Below, one piece after another: positions 60,929 through 64,000 of a DNA stretch of 64,000 nucleotides. The notes below the pieces were generated by a model, which saw nothing but the letters and a program-made list of their open reading frames with translations, ran no database searches and had not been told where the DNA came from. The translations under genes were made by a program, and so were the position numbers. Numbering within the stretch: position 1 is the stretch's first letter; each line of letters opens with the position of its first letter. This stretch comes from Thermoproteota archaeon (lineage in GTDB: Archaea > Korarchaeota > Korarchaeia > Korarchaeales > Korarchaeaceae): contig JAOZGP010000005.1 of assembly GCA_027491735.1 (NCBI GenBank), forward strand, positions 1 to 64,000, read 5' to 3'.

Positions 60929-61368
60929 GCTCAGATCAGCCTCTAGTCTTCCTTGGAATCGACGACATGGAGACCACGGAGGAGATCATAAGGAAAATAA
61001 AGAAGGTGTTGGAATCCGGAGGCATAAGAACAGGCGAGATTCGTGGATTCGATGTTCTCCGGGGGAGGGCTTGGGCCTCCTTGGCCCTGGGCGATCCCGG
61101 AATCATAGCTGATCTAGCCGGTGAGGTGGTCTCACTTTTGGGGGAGGGCAATCCGGGAATGGTGCTGGTGATAGATGGTGTGGACAGGGCGGCTGCTGTG
61201 CTGGCTGAGGGCATCAGAAAGAAGGAGGTCTCAAAGAACGAGATTTACAACATGGCGGATATGTTCAGGAACATATGGCTCTTCGAGCTTGGGGGGAACG
61301 GCCAGGGAATCATAGGTGCATTCGCGGCGGCCGTCCTCCTCGCGTGCAAGCGCGTGGGTTCCCCTTGA
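60925..61368 (+). CDS. TiaS N-terminal/DUF1743-like small protein
   Basis: FLGIDD...NPG...GGNGQGIIGAFAA. Confidence 0.6.
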   Translation: MSSDQPLVFLGIDDMETTEEIIRKIKKVLESGGIRTGEIRGFDVLRGRAWASLALGDPGIIADLAGEVVSLLGEGNPGMVLVIDGVDRAAAVLAEGIRKKEVSKNEIYNMADMFRNIWLFELGGNGQGIIGAFAAAVLLACKRVGSP

Positions 61369-61369
61369 C

Positions 61370-61649
61370 CACCCTCGCTAAGAAGGCTCCGTCTGCAAGG
61401 GCGGAGATGAATCAGGGGGGTGGTTGGTGGAGAGTTAAACTCATAAAGCCTCGCTGCACACGTTTAATGCTGGGTGGGCGGGAGGGTCAACCAAGTCCCC
61501 GCAAGGGAAACTACAGCCCACCTCTCTGCTCCTTGCGGGCAGGTTGGTTTAACGGGGTGCTGGCCCACCCCACGTATATCCTTGGCAAGGGGCTGAGGAT
61601 ATACGCAACCGTTAGGAATCCTCGCACTTCAGTGCGGGGAGGAGGTCAA
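61370..61649 (+). mobile_element. Non-autonomous IS200/IS605-family element (PATE/MITE) with omegaRNA-like scaffold
   Basis: TTGAC, then left-end hairpin CTCCGTC..GGGCGGAG; right end GAAT-CCTCGCACT-tc-AGTGCGGGG-AGGAGG-TCAA; no tnpA/tnpB. Confidence 0.75.
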
Positions 61650-61697
61650 CTAACCCTAGCATAAGTTTATCAAAAGTGGTTTTTGTTAATAGTTGCT

Positions 61698-61756
61698 GGC
61701 CTGTGATGATAATTCCTTCGTCCAATGGAATGACGATTGACGGGCGGACTGAGGCC
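61698..61756 (+). ncRNA. Box C/D sRNA; D guide predicts 16S rRNA Cm1402 (E. coli numbering)
   Basis: C box GTGATGA, C' ATGACGA, D CTGA, terminal GGCCT/AGGCC; guide TGACGGGCGG is antisense to CCGCCCGUCA. Confidence 0.85.
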
Positions 61757-61796
61757 GTAATCGTTTTATACTCCTCACGAATCCTAAACTGAAGAT

Positions 61797-62744
61797 ATGC
61801 CGGGCAAGATCTCGGGATGGCTTCTCTCCCTCAGGATTAATATGTACGGAACCCTAACGCTTCTGATCGGGGTGGCAACCCTTATATTTGTCGTGGTGGT
61901 GGCTCCATTCTGGGGAGTCGTCCCAGCGCTGATCTTGGCCCTGGCCTTCAACGTGCTGATGTGGATATTCTCTCCCAAGATAATCGAAAGCGCATATGGT
62001 CTCAGAAAGATAGAGAGAAACGAGATGCCATGGCTTCACGAGATAGTTGACAGATTATCGTTGAGGAGTGAGATAAGAAAACCAGAGCTGATGTTAGCTC
62101 CTACAGATGTGCCAAATGCTTTTGCTTACGGAAACCCGTTCACCGGATATAGGGTGGCGGTCACCAGCGGAATACTGAAGGTCCTCAACAGGGACGAGAT
62201 CGAAGCAGTCATAGGACATGAGATAGGACACATAAAACATGGAGACATGCAGATAATGATGATAGCATCGGCCATACCAGCGGTCTTCTCACTGCTCGGA
62301 AGGATCTTCCTGTGGTCTAGCTACGCATCAATAGGAGATGATAGGGACAACTTACCTCCGATGGCTGCTGTGGGTGGATTGCTCCTGCTAGTAGCCGTTG
62401 TCCTCCAGCTCATGTCCTTGAGACTGAGCAGACTCAGGGAGTTTTATGCCGATGCTCACAGTGCTATGTCGGTGGACGGCGGGGCTGAGAAGCTGCAGAG
62501 AGCTCTCGTCAAGATTTCTGTGTCCAACAACCCAGCTAAGGCAGAGAAGCTCTCACACTTCAGACCTTTAATGATATCCGACCCCCTGAAGTCGTATTCA
62601 CTCGATCTCGATGGAAATATTGTCGAAAAATTGAAAAACAGGGAGGTCTCAATCACTGAGAGGATATTAGGGATATTCTCAACACACCCGAACATAAGGG
62701 ACAGACTGAGGGCTCTGGACAGACTCTCACATGAACTCAGCTAG
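61797..62744 (+). CDS. htpX: Zinc metalloprotease HtpX
   Basis: PNAFA, HEIGH, SRLREFYAD, STHP. Confidence 0.93.
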   Translation: MPGKISGWLLSLRINMYGTLTLLIGVATLIFVVVVAPFWGVVPALILALAFNVLMWIFSPKIIESAYGLRKIERNEMPWLHEIVDRLSLRSEIRKPELMLAPTDVPNAFAYGNPFTGYRVAVTSGILKVLNRDEIEAVIGHEIGHIKHGDMQIMMIASAIPAVFSLLGRIFLWSSYASIGDDRDNLPPMAAVGGLLLLVAVVLQLMSLRLSRLREFYADAHSAMSVDGGAEKLQRALVKISVSNNPAKAEKLSHFRPLMISDPLKSYSLDLDGNIVEKLKNREVSITERILGIFSTHPNIRDRLRALDRLSHELS

Positions 62745-63068
62745 GTACTTGTCCAGAAGCTCTCTGACGGTTCCACCCTCGGCTATGAAGGCGTTGATTC
62801 CCCACTGATCGAGTTTCTCTATCATGTTGTTCTCGATCCTTGGAGCTATGAGTACGTCCACTCTCTTATGCTTCAGCCAAGATACCAGGCTTCTATCCCT
62901 CCTCAACACCAAGAAGGTGGAGACGGGGTTTCTCACAGCGTGTACCTCTCTTATCTCTTTATCCTCCAGGTCTACTATTATCATGAAGGGTGCTCCTAGC
63001 GGCCTGGGATGAACCTTGGCATCAAGCCCCTCATCAGACCAAGCTGGTATGGCCAATCTGAACATCAA
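62727..63068 (-). CDS. NifB/NifX (dinitrogenase Fe-Mo cofactor-binding) family protein
   Basis: LAIP...GLDAKV..., NP, VDVLI, GTVRE. Confidence 0.7.
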   Translation of the reverse strand: MMFRLAIPAWSDEGLDAKVHPRPLGAPFMIIVDLEDKEIREVHAVRNPVSTFLVLRRDRSLVSWLKHKRVDVLIAPRIENNMIEKLDQWGINAFIAEGGTVRELLDKYLAEFM

Positions 63069-63106
63069 GGGACGAAGTTCAGAACTAAGAAAAAGTTGAT
63101 GATGTT

Positions 63107-63286
63107 CTATGATTCCTCCTGAGAATCTTCGCTTATCTCTATCTCCCCGTAGACGGGACCTCTGTACCCACAGTCAGGACAGAACCACTCCTCAGGAGTC
63201 AACCATCCTGAGAAAGGAGATACCTTCTCCAGACGCGGGCTTCCACACACAGGGCAGACCCTGAGCTTGTGCTTTCTCTTTCTCAT
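63107..63286 (-). CDS. Small zinc-ribbon protein (59 aa)
   Basis: CPVCGS...SGWLTP...CPDCGYRGP; below the ORF-track cutoff. Confidence 0.75.
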   Translation of the reverse strand: MRKRKHKLRVCPVCGSPRLEKVSPFSGWLTPEEWFCPDCGYRGPVYGEIEISEDSQEES

Positions 63287-63381
63287 GAGAAGACCTTCAA
63301 GACAGGATCCAATGGACCTACATAAAACTAACCTCCTGTTTGCTCAACGACTTCCCTTCTTCCTTGGACTGTCGGGAGACC

Positions 63382-63561
63382 GTGAAACCGAGGTTTTCCA
63401 GGAGGAGGGGGATATCCGGGACAATAGAACAAGCAATTCTGCTGGCGCTGACTGTGGCCCTCTTTCTCACGATAATAGTCAGTCCTGCAATGCATGCAGT
63501 TAATTTCCTGTCAAATCTTCCATCAACCCTCAACAACAACCTCACCTTAGCCGTCAAGTAG
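63382..63561 (+). CDS. Class III signal peptide protein (type IV pilin-like)
   Basis: RRRG/ISGTIE followed by a hydrophobic helix. Confidence 0.55.
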   Translation: MKPRFSRRRGISGTIEQAILLALTVALFLTIIVSPAMHAVNFLSNLPSTLNNNLTLAVK

Positions 63562-63604
63562 ATAGATGAGAACGTTGCTAATCTATTCTCCTCCCCTTAA
63601 TTTT

Positions 63605-63931
63605 TTAAATAATTAAAATTTCAATTATTATCAATAATATTATACCTGATATTATGAGCTTCTTTCCCTTATACGAAAATATGTCACTAGCCCACAGCAC
63701 CACGCCTAGCGCTATGAGAGCGCCTGCCATAATCCTTCCGACCTCCACAGCAGCGTCCTTTATTAAATTGAGGACGAGGATTATCATATCCTTCACCCTC
63801 TTTATCATGGAGTTGAACCTGACGTTGAAGTCATTCGTCATGTTTTCAGACGAGTTCCCACCGCATCTAACCTCAACCGCTAAGAGGAGAAGAATTACCA
63901 TCAATGAGGCAACTAGCGCTCTTCTCATCAA
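63605..63931 (-). CDS. Small membrane protein, signal peptide + 2 TM (VirB2/TrbC-pilin-like?)
   Basis: Signal peptide, amphipathic helix, TM-(SYKGKK)-TM. Confidence 0.6.
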   Translation of the reverse strand: MMRRALVASLMVILLLLAVEVRCGGNSSENMTNDFNVRFNSMIKRVKDMIILVLNLIKDAAVEVGRIMAGALIALGVVLWASDIFSYKGKKLIISGIILLIIIEILII

Positions 63932-64000
63932 AATCCTCCCTCAATGAGAAAGTAGGCGTGTAAAAGAGCGGTAAGTTTCTCTCAAAGCTCCTGTCTTGTC

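Noticed and set aside
61275-61664. 129-aa ORF
   Set aside because: It spans the IS605-derived mini-element; only an NGVLAHP tnpB-tail-like remnant is present and there is no RuvC domain
1-64000. CRISPR array, cas genes, rRNA or reverse transcriptase
   Set aside because: No regularly spaced repeats, rRNA-length conserved tracts or RT motifs were seen

Overview
This is a 64-kb window of an archaeal chromosome, most likely a Korarchaeia-like TACK thermophile. That placement is inferred from EF-1alpha indels, SepF, and a fused EndA carrying a crenarchaeal-type loop. Positions 1-~4440 are the AT-rich, decaying end of an integrated element: an integrase C-terminus, an NDT/retron-effector-like gene, an HTH, a HEPN-like gene, a truncated GmrSD fused to a broken Cdc6/Orc1, and a truncated proteasome-like Ntn hydrolase. 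The rest is dense housekeeping DNA for tRNA processing and modification, translation, DNA repair, glycolysis, lipid synthesis and the S-layer, with five tRNAs. The most interesting signals are non-coding. (i) An unassigned, highly structured ~230-nt GC-rich RNA candidate with kink-turn-type boxes lies at ~44040-44270. (ii) A 280-bp non-autonomous IS200/IS605 element retains both ends and a TnpB omegaRNA-like scaffold (61370-61649). (iii) A box C/D sRNA has a D guide that predicts 2'-O-methylation of 16S C1402. Smaller signals include a K-loop RNA candidate, a Cys-rich 20-aa leader ORF, a KaiC-AEP gene pair and a probable ATA start for XPD. All assignments come from motif recognition by eye; no searches were run.
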